In this document: piece after piece, positions 26,301-33,731 of the stretch
How positions within the stretch are numbered: the first letter of the stretch is position 1
Layout of the letters: each line of letters opens with the position of its first letter
Assembly: GCA_043772475.1 (NCBI GenBank)
Contig: JAYVGG010000255.1
Coordinates: forward strand, 1 to 37,708
Direction of reading: 5' to 3'
Length of the DNA: 37,708 bases
Source: Burkholderiales bacterium
GTDB taxonomy: Bacteria; Pseudomonadota; Gammaproteobacteria; Burkholderiales; Usitatibacteraceae
Notes under the pieces: model-generated
Seen by the model: the letters and a program-made list of their open reading frames with translations, nothing else
The model's database searches: none
What the model was told of the DNA's origin: nothing
Translations under genes and position numbers: made by a program

Positions 26301-26596
26301 GGCGTCATCTTGAACGAGAGCGTTGCGGTCGGCGTGATGGAGGCGACGGCACTGGTTGCCAAAAACACGCCACCCCATTGCCCAAGATCGTTAACCAGCG
26401 CGCCGTTTGGCTCGTTTGCCGGTGCCGCACAGTTGGCCCCGCAATGCCAGCTCCAGTTTTGCCAGCCGGGGGCGAAGCTGCCATCGCGGTACACGGTCAC
26501 ATCGGCGGCGTGGGCAAGCGTTGGATAAAGTAGCGATAGACTGAGGACAGCGAATGCGCGCGGTGCGGCGCGCAGAAAATTCAATATCGGTGGCAT
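23390..26596 (-). CDS. Secreted multidomain glycoside hydrolase-like protein: N-terminal CBM-like region, GH44-like catalytic domain, Ig-like domain, C-terminal right-handed beta-helix
   Basis: 1068 aa. Signal ...LSLSLLYPTLAHA|ADV. GH44-like motifs ISPRIYGIAY, RRWGGNPTSRYN, HYILDNEPDLWGDTHRDV, DTHYYPQG. Ig-like segment P.VTGTAQVNATLSATAGKWLGEPAPTITYQWQRC. Beta-helix repeats (NVTFKGSAITANN.., VTITGGGGG.., NITLRGNTIV.., LNITGNWLDGGG). Confidence 0.65.
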   Translation of the reverse strand: MPPILNFLRAAPRAFAVLSLSLLYPTLAHAADVTVYRDGSFAPGWQNWSWHCGANCAAPANEPNGALVNDLGQWGGVFLATSAVASITPTATLSFKMTPLSTTTNFLNVTLTRQDNYGGIFLSHAVPTAGLVPDSAGFISITIPMEVLNPSGLNFDGLQLQATSDWPARSLVRVNDVLVSGAPTVTPQAPTRAGASTTPTRATASATLQCAQTVPISPRIYGIAYADVTDFFAGANGSPAQWSIGATSRRWGGNPTSRYNPAISAWNTANDYFFENIRTNRTWQQYVADNAEHAVGSAVSIPTLGWVAKDASASGFPVGIYGAQNATDIYRPDAGNGRSPAGTNLTVTQPPTQTSVAFTPADAAAWVGALREAARAKGGRIDHYILDNEPDLWGDTHRDVRTTRLRAAELVENNKTFASAIRRAEPNAKIAGPATSGLFALRFSDYDNNNALWAGGAGSDRALVGGDMAPWYLRELKAHETATGIKLLDLFDTHYYPQGSGVYGGRLDLATSRLRVRSTRSLWDAGYVDESWYGQVGNPPVNLLPTLQGWIKDNYPGLGISIGEYSFGAEGHMSGAVAQAETLGRFGQAITVGGQRFPGVDSAYYWTYPAEKTPLYWAFKGFRNFDGEGRGFGDTSIDTRVLPALGSGDGSVSVFGSQDSASGEIIAAVINLSDDKTATTTLALADCNAMASATPYTYDGTTDGYVAATSSTVSDQQVSITSAPWSISFVRMTPVAAVPRAPANTVAPIVTGTAQVNATLSATAGKWLGEPAPTITYQWQRCDANNACVDIANATTPTQRLTTAEEGVAVRVVVTAANPLGTARVASAQSSVITADAPRASKPTRANTGVPAGITLTPYAGNTTIDIPNSVIEAVAITEPVFVTANNVTFKGSAITANNWALVVIADGVTGTRFEDVTITGGGGGFCILGSSLTVLRADISGCGNAIATAYDTRVEQSYLHNNSGAAIGGIYSAAISNITLRGNTIVAPAAASNAISISGDNVTRLNITGNWLDGGGYTVHIDATASVFSHNRFGRAAALGPKYPFTVNPLRGVGNVWDDNSEPVAGF

Positions 26597-26884
26597 GGTG
26601 GACTCCTGACGTCGGATGCTGCGTGCGACATTTCTCCCTACGCATTGCCATTACCGGATCGCGGTGTTCAAGGCCGCGAGCCTTAAGTAGGGTGCGCGGG
26701 GAGAACAAAAGTTCCGAAGACACAAAAATGGCGCGTTCGTGTCACAAATAATTCGGCACGTAAATTGCAGCCATATGCCCAAACACCTCGCCGTTATTGG
26801 GCTTTTGGCCAGTCATGCTTGTTGGGTCGGGTGCGGCAACAACGTGGGGGCGTTGTCATCATCACCATGCACTAAACTACCCAC

Positions 26885-27742
26885 ATGAAAATTCCCAAGC
26901 GCTTGGAACCCTTGCTCGAAGACGGCCTCATCACGAGCGTGGTGCGTCAGCTCATGAGCGGTAAAGAGGCGATGGTATTTGTGGTGCGCTGCGGCGACGA
27001 TGAGCCCGCACGCTGTGCCAAGGTCTACAAAGAGGCAAACAAGCGCGCGTTTCGCCAAGCGGTGGATTACACTGAAAATCGCAAAACCAAAAATTCACGC
27101 CAAGCGCGCGCGATGGCAAAAGGCTCGCGCTACGGGCGTGAATCGCAAGAGGCTGCTTGGCAGAGTGCTGAAGTCGATGCGCTTTATCGTCTCGCGGCTG
27201 CCGGTGTGCGGGTGCCCAAGCCCTACAATTTTCACGAGGGTGTCTTGCTCATGGAACTGGTGGCGGATGCCGATGGCAATGCCGCACCGCGCTTAAATGA
27301 CGTGGAATTTTCCGAGGAAATCGCGCTGAAATACCACGAGATGCTGATCCGTGAAGTGGTGCGAATGTTGTGCGCGGGCATTATTCATGGCGACTTGAGT
27401 GAATTTAATATCTTGGTTGCAGCCGATGGCCCGGTGATTATTGATTTGCCGCAGGCAGTTGACGCCGCCGGTAATAACCATGCAGAAGCCATGCTGGATC
27501 GCGATGTCGGCAATTTACGCAATTACTTCGGGCAATTTGCGCCAGCACTCCTCACCACCGCCTACGCAGCCGAAATCTGGGCGCTCTACAAGGCCGGCAC
27601 GCTCACGCCAGAATCCGCACTCACCGGGCGATTCCAAAAGAGCCAGAGAAAAGCCGATGTGGGAGCACTCTTGCGCGAGATTGAGGACGTGGAGCTGGAA
27701 GAAAAAGCGCGCTTAATGCGAATGAGCGAAAAACGAGATTGA
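26885..27742 (+). CDS. RIO1-like atypical protein kinase (PA4780-type)
   Basis: 285 aa. Motifs SGKEAMVFVV...AKVYK, LMELV, and IIHGDLSEFNILV...VIIDLPQAV (catalytic and metal-binding loops). Confidence 0.75.
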   Translation: MKIPKRLEPLLEDGLITSVVRQLMSGKEAMVFVVRCGDDEPARCAKVYKEANKRAFRQAVDYTENRKTKNSRQARAMAKGSRYGRESQEAAWQSAEVDALYRLAAAGVRVPKPYNFHEGVLLMELVADADGNAAPRLNDVEFSEEIALKYHEMLIREVVRMLCAGIIHGDLSEFNILVAADGPVIIDLPQAVDAAGNNHAEAMLDRDVGNLRNYFGQFAPALLTTAYAAEIWALYKAGTLTPESALTGRFQKSQRKADVGALLREIEDVELEEKARLMRMSEKRD

Positions 27743-27856
27743 ATTGGCAAGTAAGCCGAAAGCCCGCACCGTTATTGGGTTTCCGGGCATTGCTGTAAAT
27801 CAAAAAACGAACGCCACACACCCGCAGATTCACGCGTAGAATGGTTCGTCATAATT

Positions 27857-29083
27857 TTGGAGTCCACCTTGAATCTGCCCTCTGATGTAAATTTTCTCAA
27901 TGGTTTAATCAGTCTTCCTTGGTGGGGTTATCTCGTTGTTGGGTTGGTGCTCACGCACATCACAATCGCGTCCGTGACGATTTTTTTGCACCGCGCGCAG
28001 GCGCATCGCGGGCTCGATCTGCATCCGATCATGAGCCATTTTTTCCGTTTCTGGCTGTGGATTTCGACGGGCATTGAGACCCGCGAATGGGTCGCCATTC
28101 ATCGTAAACACCACGCCAAATGCGAGACGGCGGATGATCCGCACTCGCCCCAACATCACGGCATTAAAAAAGTGCTGCTCGATGGCTACGGGCTTTATTG
28201 GACCGAATCACAAAACCCCGAGACCATCGCCAAATACAGCCACGGCGTGCCGGATGATTGGCTTGAGCACAACCTGTATGAAAAATATAGCTGGCAGGGT
28301 GTCGCCCTCTTGCTCATCACCCACCTGATTTTGTTTGGGCCCATTGGTGCCACCATCTGGGCCGTGCAAATGGCGTGGATACCGTTTCACGCGGCCGGCA
28401 TCATCAATGGCATCGGTCACTACTGGGGCTATCGCCATTACACGGTGAATGATACGAGCCGCAATATCGTGCCGATTGCGTTTTGGATTGGCGGCGAAGA
28501 GCTACACAATAATCACCACGCTTTCCCTACCTCTGCCCGGTTTTCGATGCGTTGGTACGAGTTTGATCTGGGATGGGCATACATTCGCACGCTGTCGATG
28601 TTGGGATTAGCCGAGGTCAAAAAAGTAGCCCCGCGCCCGCGATTTAACATGAACAAAGTCACCTGCGATGTGGAGACCGTCCACGCCGTGATCGCGCACC
28701 GCTACGAAATCATCACCAAATACGCGGGCTCGTTAAAGGAAACCTACGCCGCCGAAATCGCCAAACTCCGCGCCAATGGCCATGTTCCAGCACTGTCGAG
28801 CTTGCGTGAAAAAGTTGCCTCGAAACATTTTCGTAACTGGCTTAGAAGCGATGCGAATCAACTCACGAGCGAGCAACACGCTACGCTTGCCGAGACATTC
28901 CAACACAGCCGTGTGCTAGAGCTGCTCTACAAGATGCGCCAAGAGCTCGCGCAATTATGGGAGCGCTCGACCCTCACGGCAGAGGAATTGGTGGCGAAGC
29001 TGGAAGACTGGTGCCGCCGCGCGGAAGCGTCCGGGATAGAAGCGCTGCAAGAGTTTGCGCTGCGATTGCGCTCCTACGCGTAG
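27857..29083 (+). CDS. Membrane acyl-CoA/acyl-lipid fatty acid desaturase (DesA-like)
   Basis: 408 aa from a TTG start. His boxes HRAQAH, HRKHH and HNNHH are present, with N-terminal transmembrane segments. Confidence 0.75.
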   Translation: MESTLNLPSDVNFLNGLISLPWWGYLVVGLVLTHITIASVTIFLHRAQAHRGLDLHPIMSHFFRFWLWISTGIETREWVAIHRKHHAKCETADDPHSPQHHGIKKVLLDGYGLYWTESQNPETIAKYSHGVPDDWLEHNLYEKYSWQGVALLLITHLILFGPIGATIWAVQMAWIPFHAAGIINGIGHYWGYRHYTVNDTSRNIVPIAFWIGGEELHNNHHAFPTSARFSMRWYEFDLGWAYIRTLSMLGLAEVKKVAPRPRFNMNKVTCDVETVHAVIAHRYEIITKYAGSLKETYAAEIAKLRANGHVPALSSLREKVASKHFRNWLRSDANQLTSEQHATLAETFQHSRVLELLYKMRQELAQLWERSTLTAEELVAKLEDWCRRAEASGIEALQEFALRLRSYA

Positions 29084-29097
29084 TAGTTTTTCTCCCA

Positions 29098-29127
29098 TAA
29101 AAAAACCCGCCAGCTGGCGGGTTTTTT
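29098..29127. terminator. Bidirectional rho-independent terminator between the desaturase and rpmG
   Basis: aaaaaaaa-CCCGCC-agct-GGCGGG-tttttt. A GC stem flanked by an A-run and a T-run. Confidence 0.85.
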
Positions 29128-29147
29128 GTTGGAGCCAAACTTAAAAA

Positions 29148-29201
29148 TTACTTAAGCTTTGTTTCCTACTTAAGCTTTGTTTCCTACTTAAGCTTTGTTT
29201 C
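29148..29201 (-). repeat. Perfect 18-nt tandem triplication of the rpmG 3' end including the stop codon
   Basis: Minus-strand reading is GAAACAAAGCTTAAGTAG | GAAACAAAGCTTAAGTAG | GAAACAAAGCTTAAGTAA, which is ETKLK* three times in the rpmG frame. Confidence 0.95.
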
Positions 29202-29339
29202 CTTATACATCACATGTTTACGCGCCTTGGGATCGAATTTCATGATCTCCATTTTCTCGGGCATGGTGCGTTTATTTTTGCTGGTGGTGTAGAAATGGCC
29301 GGTGCCAGCAGAGGATTCGAGTTTGATTTTGTCGCGCAT
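29184..29339 (-). CDS. rpmG: 50S ribosomal protein L33
   Basis: Manually translated because it is below the ORF-track size cut-off: [51 protein letters not shown]. An AAGGAAA SD precedes the start, which lies 16 nt after the rpmB stop. Confidence 0.9.
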   Translation of the reverse strand: MRDKIKLESSAGTGHFYTTSKNKRTMPEKMEIMKFDPKARKHVMYKETKLK

Positions 29340-29355
29340 GATGGTTTCCTTTGAA

Positions 29356-29592
29356 TTAGACCGCTACGCCTTGCGCGCGTAATTCGGCGAGCACAGCGTC
29401 GATTCCATTTTTGTCGATAGTGCGAAGACCGGCGTTGGTTAAACGCAGACGCACCCAGCGGTTTTCAGATTCGACCCAAAAGCGGCGGTATTGCAGATTC
29501 GGTAAAAAGCGACGTTTGGTTTTGTTGTTCGCGTGGGAAACATTGTTACCCACCATTGGGCGTTTGCCCGTTACTTGGCAGACTCGTGCCAT
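29356..29592 (-). CDS. rpmB: 50S ribosomal protein L28
   Basis: 78 aa. [38 protein letters not shown] is the canonical L28 sequence. Confidence 0.95.
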   Translation of the reverse strand: MARVCQVTGKRPMVGNNVSHANNKTKRRFLPNLQYRRFWVESENRWVRLRLTNAGLRTIDKNGIDAVLAELRAQGVAV

Positions 29593-29702
29593 ATTGCACC
29601 TCGATAAACGGTTAAGAATCGGGCCGAAATGACCGGCTCCATTTGTGGTTGGTGTTGCAACTACGCCGGGTTTAACCAGCGAAGCCCAAAATTATAACCA
29701 AA

Positions 29703-30386
29703 TTAAGCACTTAGCGCAATCCCCTGCTCTACAAACGAGACCGAGGCACCGGGGGCGACGATGACGTGATCCATGACGCGAATATCCACCAAGGCCAAGG
29801 CGGCTGCGAGCGTATGCGTGAGGTTTTTGTCGGCGAGGCTGGCATCCGGCGTGCCCGAGGGATGATTGTGGGCAAAAATCACTGCACCCGCATTGTGCGC
29901 GAGCGCGCGCTTGACGATCTCACGGGGGTACACACTCGTCTGCGTTAAGGTGCCGCGAAAGATCTCCTCGACGGCGATCACGCGATTTTGCGCGGTTAAA
30001 AATACCGCCACGAATACTTCATGCGGCAAGCGCGATAAGGTCTGCTTCAAATAGTCACGCACGGCCTGTGGGGTGGCTAATGCGTCGCTCAATTTGATCT
30101 CTTCAGCCAAGGCGCGTTTAGACATCTCCAGCACCGCCTGCAACTGCACGTATTTCGCTTCACCCATGCCCTTCACGGCGCAGAGGCTTTCTTGGCTGGC
30201 GGCAAATAATCCGTTGAGTCCGCCGAAGGTACTCACCAGCTCGCGCGCAAGATCGACCGCACTTTTGCCGCGCACGCCGACCCGCAAAAAAATCGCCAGC
30301 AATTCAGCATCAGAAAGTGCCGCCGCACCTTGTTTTAGCAAGCGTTCACGCGGGCGCTCATCTTCGGGCCAATCGGTAATGGGCAT
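29703..30386 (-). CDS. radC: RadC-family JAB/MPN domain protein (UPF0758)
   Basis: 227 aa. Contains RPRERLL..GA..LSD.ELLAI.LR.G and the HNHPSG JAMM motif, in the classical position next to rpmB-rpmG. Confidence 0.85.
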   Translation of the reverse strand: MPITDWPEDERPRERLLKQGAAALSDAELLAIFLRVGVRGKSAVDLARELVSTFGGLNGLFAASQESLCAVKGMGEAKYVQLQAVLEMSKRALAEEIKLSDALATPQAVRDYLKQTLSRLPHEVFVAVFLTAQNRVIAVEEIFRGTLTQTSVYPREIVKRALAHNAGAVIFAHNHPSGTPDASLADKNLTHTLAAALALVDIRVMDHVIVAPGASVSFVEQGIALSA

Positions 30387-30451
30387 GGCGGGTCTCGGTT
30401 AAAATGCGTGGAGTTTGAAGACTAAATGTTAGCCCACTTCTCGGAACCCCC

Positions 30452-30901
30452 ATGCAAAAGCTCGATGTAAAAATTCTCGATGCGCGCCTAAAAGATCAGC
30501 TCCCGCAGTACGCCACAGGCGGCTCCGCCGGGCTCGACCTACGCGCCTGCATTGAGTCGCCCATGACCTTAAAGCCGGGTGAAACTAATTTGGTGCCCAC
30601 AGGCCTCGCTATTCACATCGGTGACGCAGGCTTTGCCGCCATGGTGCTGCCGCGCTCGGGCCTCGGGCATAAACACGGCATCGTGCTCGGCAATCTGGTG
30701 GGACTGATTGATTCCGATTATCAGGGGCAAATTTTTGTCTCGATGTGGAACCGTGGGCAGACCGAATTTATCGTGCAGCCGATGGAGCGTATCGCCCAGC
30801 TCATCGTGGTGCCGGTGGTGCAGGTGCAATTCAACGTGGTGGCCGAATTTGCACAGTCGGCGCGCGGCGCGGGTGGCTTTGGCAGCACCGGTAAAAAATA
30901 A
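30452..30901 (+). CDS. dut: dUTP diphosphatase
   Basis: 149 aa. Contains [32 protein letters not shown] and [10 protein letters not shown]. Confidence 0.95.
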   Translation: MQKLDVKILDARLKDQLPQYATGGSAGLDLRACIESPMTLKPGETNLVPTGLAIHIGDAGFAAMVLPRSGLGHKHGIVLGNLVGLIDSDYQGQIFVSMWNRGQTEFIVQPMERIAQLIVVPVVQVQFNVVAEFAQSARGAGGFGSTGKK

Positions 30902-30974
30902 GGTCAGCCGCTTTTAGCTTGCAACGTTAATATCAACGATACAGCAGCGCACCTCACTCGAAAGCAAAACGCAT

Positions 30975-31442
30975 ATGAAATTTTTAATCGGTAAGTTCGT
31001 CGCCATGATGGCAATGTTGGCGCTCGCCTTTAGCGCCGCAGCCCTTCCGCCCAGCGCGCCCACCAAACTCTCCACCATGACACTCAAAGCCGGCGGCCAA
31101 ACGGTCACCGCCGAAATCGCCGCCAACGATCAGACGCGCCAACAAGGCCTCATGTTTCGCAAAAAAATGGGTACCAATGACGGAATGCTTTTCGTATTCC
31201 CCCAATTGGGCTACCACGCGATGTGGATGAAAAATACCTTCATCCCCCTCTCGGTGGCCTACCTTGATGATGCGGGAAAAATTTTATCCATCCACGAAAT
31301 GGAAGCGCACAACGAAACCGCGCATCAGTCACACGGCCCCGCGCGGTTCGCGTTAGAGATGAACACCGGCTGGTTTGCGCGCCATAAGCTGAAGGCGGGC
31401 GACACGATTAGCGGGCTGGATAAAGCGCCGAAACCTCAATAG
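30975..31442 (+). CDS. DUF192 (COG1430) domain protein, secreted
   Basis: 155 aa with a signal peptide. Contains ...A.T...R..GLMFR......DGMLFVFP......MWMKNT.IPL..A(Y)LD..G.I. Confidence 0.7.
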   Translation: MKFLIGKFVAMMAMLALAFSAAALPPSAPTKLSTMTLKAGGQTVTAEIAANDQTRQQGLMFRKKMGTNDGMLFVFPQLGYHAMWMKNTFIPLSVAYLDDAGKILSIHEMEAHNETAHQSHGPARFALEMNTGWFARHKLKAGDTISGLDKAPKPQ

Positions 31443-31458
31443 GGGCGCGGGGTTTTGG
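31166..31458 (+). repeat. Direct repeat copy A (3' two-thirds of the DUF192 gene plus 16 nt); copy B lies at 32225-32514
   Basis: By-eye alignment gives about 95% identity over ~290 nt, with 13 substitutions in the coding part and a 1-nt indel near each end. Confidence 0.9.
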
Positions 31459-31618
31459 AGCGGCGGCTCGCGCAACGAATTATCCAAATACGAGAATTCG
31501 CGATTCGTTATATATTTATGTTTCACGCTCGGTTCTTGGGCTACATGATTTCAACCTTGGGTGAGTTGTGGCAACAGCCACAGAAGAATTTCAACCATCA
31601 GCCAAAAAGAATTTCAGC

Positions 31619-32011
31619 ATGATTAAGCTCACCCTGACCTTAGTTGGATTTGTCGTACTCTCACTTTGTGCGCCCATCACCGCCGCCGCCACATCCTCAA
31701 CGTCCACCAGTAAAACGTATAGCAGTTCCGGCAAGCAAGTGGCCAAGTCAAGCACCACGAAAACAAGCTCGGGCAGCACAACCAAACATACCTCCACCTC
31801 GGGAAAAAGTTTAGGCAAATCCACCACGTCGGGAAAGACCACTAAGCACGTCAATGCATCCGGCGCCTCAACGGGAAAATCGGTGCGCTCTGGCAGCACC
31901 ACAACCCACTACAACGCCTCGGGTAAAGCGGTGGGCAAATCCACCACCAGCGGGAGTGTCACCACCCACAAAGACACGAGTAATAAGACGGTGGGCAAGA
32001 CAACACGCTAG
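31619..32011 (+). CDS. Small secreted Ser/Thr/Lys-rich protein made of 20-aa repeats, unknown function
   Basis: The start is probably the ATG at 31619 (MIKLTLTLVGFVVLSLCAPITAAA, a signal peptide); the ORF opens at 31568. Four exact-period repeats fill aa 51-130: SGSTTKHTSTSGKSLGKSTT / SGKTTKHVNASGASTGKSVR / SGSTTTHYNASGKAVGKSTT / SGSVTTHKDTSNKTVGKTTR. The protein ends exactly at the end of a repeat. Confidence 0.55.
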   Translation: MIKLTLTLVGFVVLSLCAPITAAATSSTSTSKTYSSSGKQVAKSSTTKTSSGSTTKHTSTSGKSLGKSTTSGKTTKHVNASGASTGKSVRSGSTTTHYNASGKAVGKSTTSGSVTTHKDTSNKTVGKTTR

Positions 32012-32108
32012 AAATCACCAACCCCAGCATTGGCGGGGTTCTTGTGGGATTCACGAGCGATCAACTGCCGTTTCTAGTGTCTAGTTGCATAAGTCTGCGT
32101 TACACCGA

Positions 32109-32205
32109 AAAGCGTTTGGTGCCTCCAGTGCAAGGCGCAAACCACAGCCATAGCACAGCTATGGCGAGGATTTGCAACGCCGCAATGGAGGGTGCCAAAC
32201 GCTTT
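32109..32205. repeat. 97-nt imperfect long hairpin (MITE-, REP- or sRNA-like)
   Basis: Outer stem AAAGCGTTTGG with CCAAACGCTTT (11 bp). Then CCTCCA with TGGAGG, TGC with GCA, GGCG with CGCC, and CAAA with TTTG. Apical stem CCATAGC-aca-GCTATGG. About 35 bp are paired in total. Confidence 0.75.
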
Positions 32206-32224
32206 GAATGGTGCAAGACATATG

Positions 32225-32500
32225 CATGGGCACCACGACGGAATGCTTTTCGTATTCCCCCAATTGGGCTACCACGCGATGTGGATGAAAAATACCTTCA
32301 TCCCACTCTCGGTAGCCTACCTAGATGATGCGGGAAAAATCCTATCCATCCACGAAATGGAAGCGCACAACGAAACCGCGCATCAGTCACACGGCCCCGC
32401 ACGCTACGCGCTAGAGATGAACACCGGCTGGTTTGCGCGCCATAAAATGAAGGCGGGCGATACGATTAGCGGGCTGGACAAAGCGCCGAAACCTCAATAG
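32225..32500 (+). pseudogene. 5'-truncated duplicate of the DUF192 gene (lacks the signal peptide and first ~64 codons; 1-nt deletion near the junction)
   Basis: The last 86 codons differ from copy A at only 2 residues (F->Y, L->M). The listed ORF 32192-32500 begins with unrelated codons (MPNALNGARHMHGHH). Confidence 0.7.
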
Positions 32501-32531
32501 GGGCGCGGGGTTTGGCGTTTAGCGCGTGCCG

Positions 32532-32933
32532 CTAAACCCAATTTTCCAAAATCAGCGGCGCTTCAATTTGTTTGTAGTGCCGACTATTGTTCGTCACCAG
32601 CACCGCCCCTGCCGATAACGCGTGTGCGGCAATCATCATGTCGAATTCACCGATTGGTTTACCCGACGTGGTGAGCTGATGGCGAATCTCGGCGTACCAG
32701 TCTGCGGCCTCGGCATCCCACGGCAAAATACGCACGATTTTGAGGAATTGACGAACTGCTAGTTGCAGCCGGTGCTCGGTCGGTAGGCGTTTTAGGCCAT
32801 AGAGGAGCTCTGCGCGCGTCATCACAGAAACGCACACGCTCGACGGTAGAAGAGCGGCCAGCTTCGCTTCCACGGTCTTTGATTTACCCTTGATGAGATA
32901 GCTCGCTGTATCGGTGTCGAGCATGTGCTGCAT
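32532..32933 (-). CDS. vapC: PIN-domain toxin VapC (module 1)
   Basis: 133 aa. Contains MLDTDT.SY, ...AE.RH.L...G.PIG..D..IAAHA...GAVLVTNN..H. The start overlaps the antitoxin stop (TAATG). Confidence 0.85.
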   Translation of the reverse strand: MQHMLDTDTASYLIKGKSKTVEAKLAALLPSSVCVSVMTRAELLYGLKRLPTEHRLQLAVRQFLKIVRILPWDAEAADWYAEIRHQLTTSGKPIGEFDMMIAAHALSAGAVLVTNNSRHYKQIEAPLILENWV

Positions 32934-33229
32934 TAGCGTTTACCGGTCTTGCGCGCAGGCTTACGTTCCGCATCAAAAATTCCACGTGCCGTCGGGAGCT
33001 TATTCAACGGCCGATCCGCCATAAAATCGGCGGGCACATCGGTCGCACGCAGCAACGCGAAAAAATCTCCCCATGTCTTAGCCGCCGGGCGATTCGACAG
33101 CACCACGTCACCCGTCGCATCATCGCGCGTAACGTAAACCTCATCGCCCTCAAAGCGAAATTCAGCGGGAAGCCTCACGGCTTGGCTGGCCCCATTCTTA
33201 AAAAGTTTTGCGGTGCGGGTTTCGATCAT
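32933..33229 (-). CDS. vapB: AbrB/SpoVT-type antitoxin VapB (module 1)
   Basis: 98 aa. Contains AKLFKNGASQAVRLPAEFRF.GDEVYV, lies directly upstream of the PIN gene, and overlaps it. Confidence 0.8.
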   Translation of the reverse strand: MIETRTAKLFKNGASQAVRLPAEFRFEGDEVYVTRDDATGDVVLSNRPAAKTWGDFFALLRATDVPADFMADRPLNKLPTARGIFDAERKPARKTGKR

Positions 33230-33247
33230 GGTTGCGCGTTTTTTTGA

Positions 33248-33270
33248 GAGTATATGCTTGAGTATATACT
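33248..33270 (-). promoter_or_regulatory. Candidate vapBC-1 promoter/operator
   Basis: GAGTATAT direct repeat at 33248 and 33260. A perfect 10-bp palindrome AGTATATACT at 33261-33270 lies 32 nt upstream of the vapB start. On the minus strand it reads TATACT twice, which is -10-like. Confidence 0.5.
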
Positions 33271-33311
33271 TTTTCTGCGCGGCATGAGGTGGCGACGCGC
33301 GAACCGTGCGT

Positions 33312-33731
33312 TCAACCGCCAGCCGCCCAATTCTCGACCGTTAACCCCGGATAGTCTTGGAAATCCGCTTCATTGTTTGTCACCAGCGTCACGCCCGCGC
33401 TCACCGCGTGCGCGGCGATGAGCCTATCCATCGTATCGCGATTACGCGCACGCACAGCGGCGCGCAGCACACCAAAATGTTCGGCGTCGGTCGCTGAAAA
33501 AGGCAGAACTGGAATGCGAGCGATCATCAACGCGAGTGCCCTTCGATCTCGCTCCTGATCACGTGGCGAACGAGCGCCGCCTTGAATCTCAAGCCCAGCG
33601 CAGAGCTCGGCGTAGGTGACCACAGACATCACCGCATCGCCTTGCTTTAGTGCGGACAGTTTTTGGAGAACCTGTGGGGGGTGGTTTTTAATGAGATAGA
33701 TGCAGATATTGGTATCCAACATGTACCGCAT
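33312..33731 (-). CDS. vapC: PIN-domain toxin VapC (module 2)
   Basis: Start at ATG 33731 (MRYMLDTNICIYLIKN...), which overlaps the antitoxin stop (TGATG). Contains ...D.LIAAHA.S.GVTLVTNN..DF. Confidence 0.85.
   Translation of the reverse strand: MRYMLDTNICIYLIKNHPPQVLQKLSALKQGDAVMSVVTYAELCAGLEIQGGARSPRDQERDRRALALMIARIPVLPFSATDAEHFGVLRAAVRARNRDTMDRLIAAHAVSAGVTLVTNNEADFQDYPGLTVENWAAGG

Noticed and set aside
26775-26888. 37-codon ORF (MPKHLAVIGLLASHACWVGCGNNVGALSSSPCTKLPT) ending in an ATGA overlap with the RIO kinase start
   Set aside because: It has no SD, no recognisable family and no proper lipobox or signal. It is kept only as a note under the RIO finding because the kinase itself also lacks an SD.
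29148-29201. Possible CRISPR or other non-coding repeat array
   Set aside because: There are only three directly abutting 18-nt units and no spacers. The units are an in-frame duplication of the rpmG 3' end. The 225-nt repeats at 1-616 are likewise coding repeats, not CRISPR.
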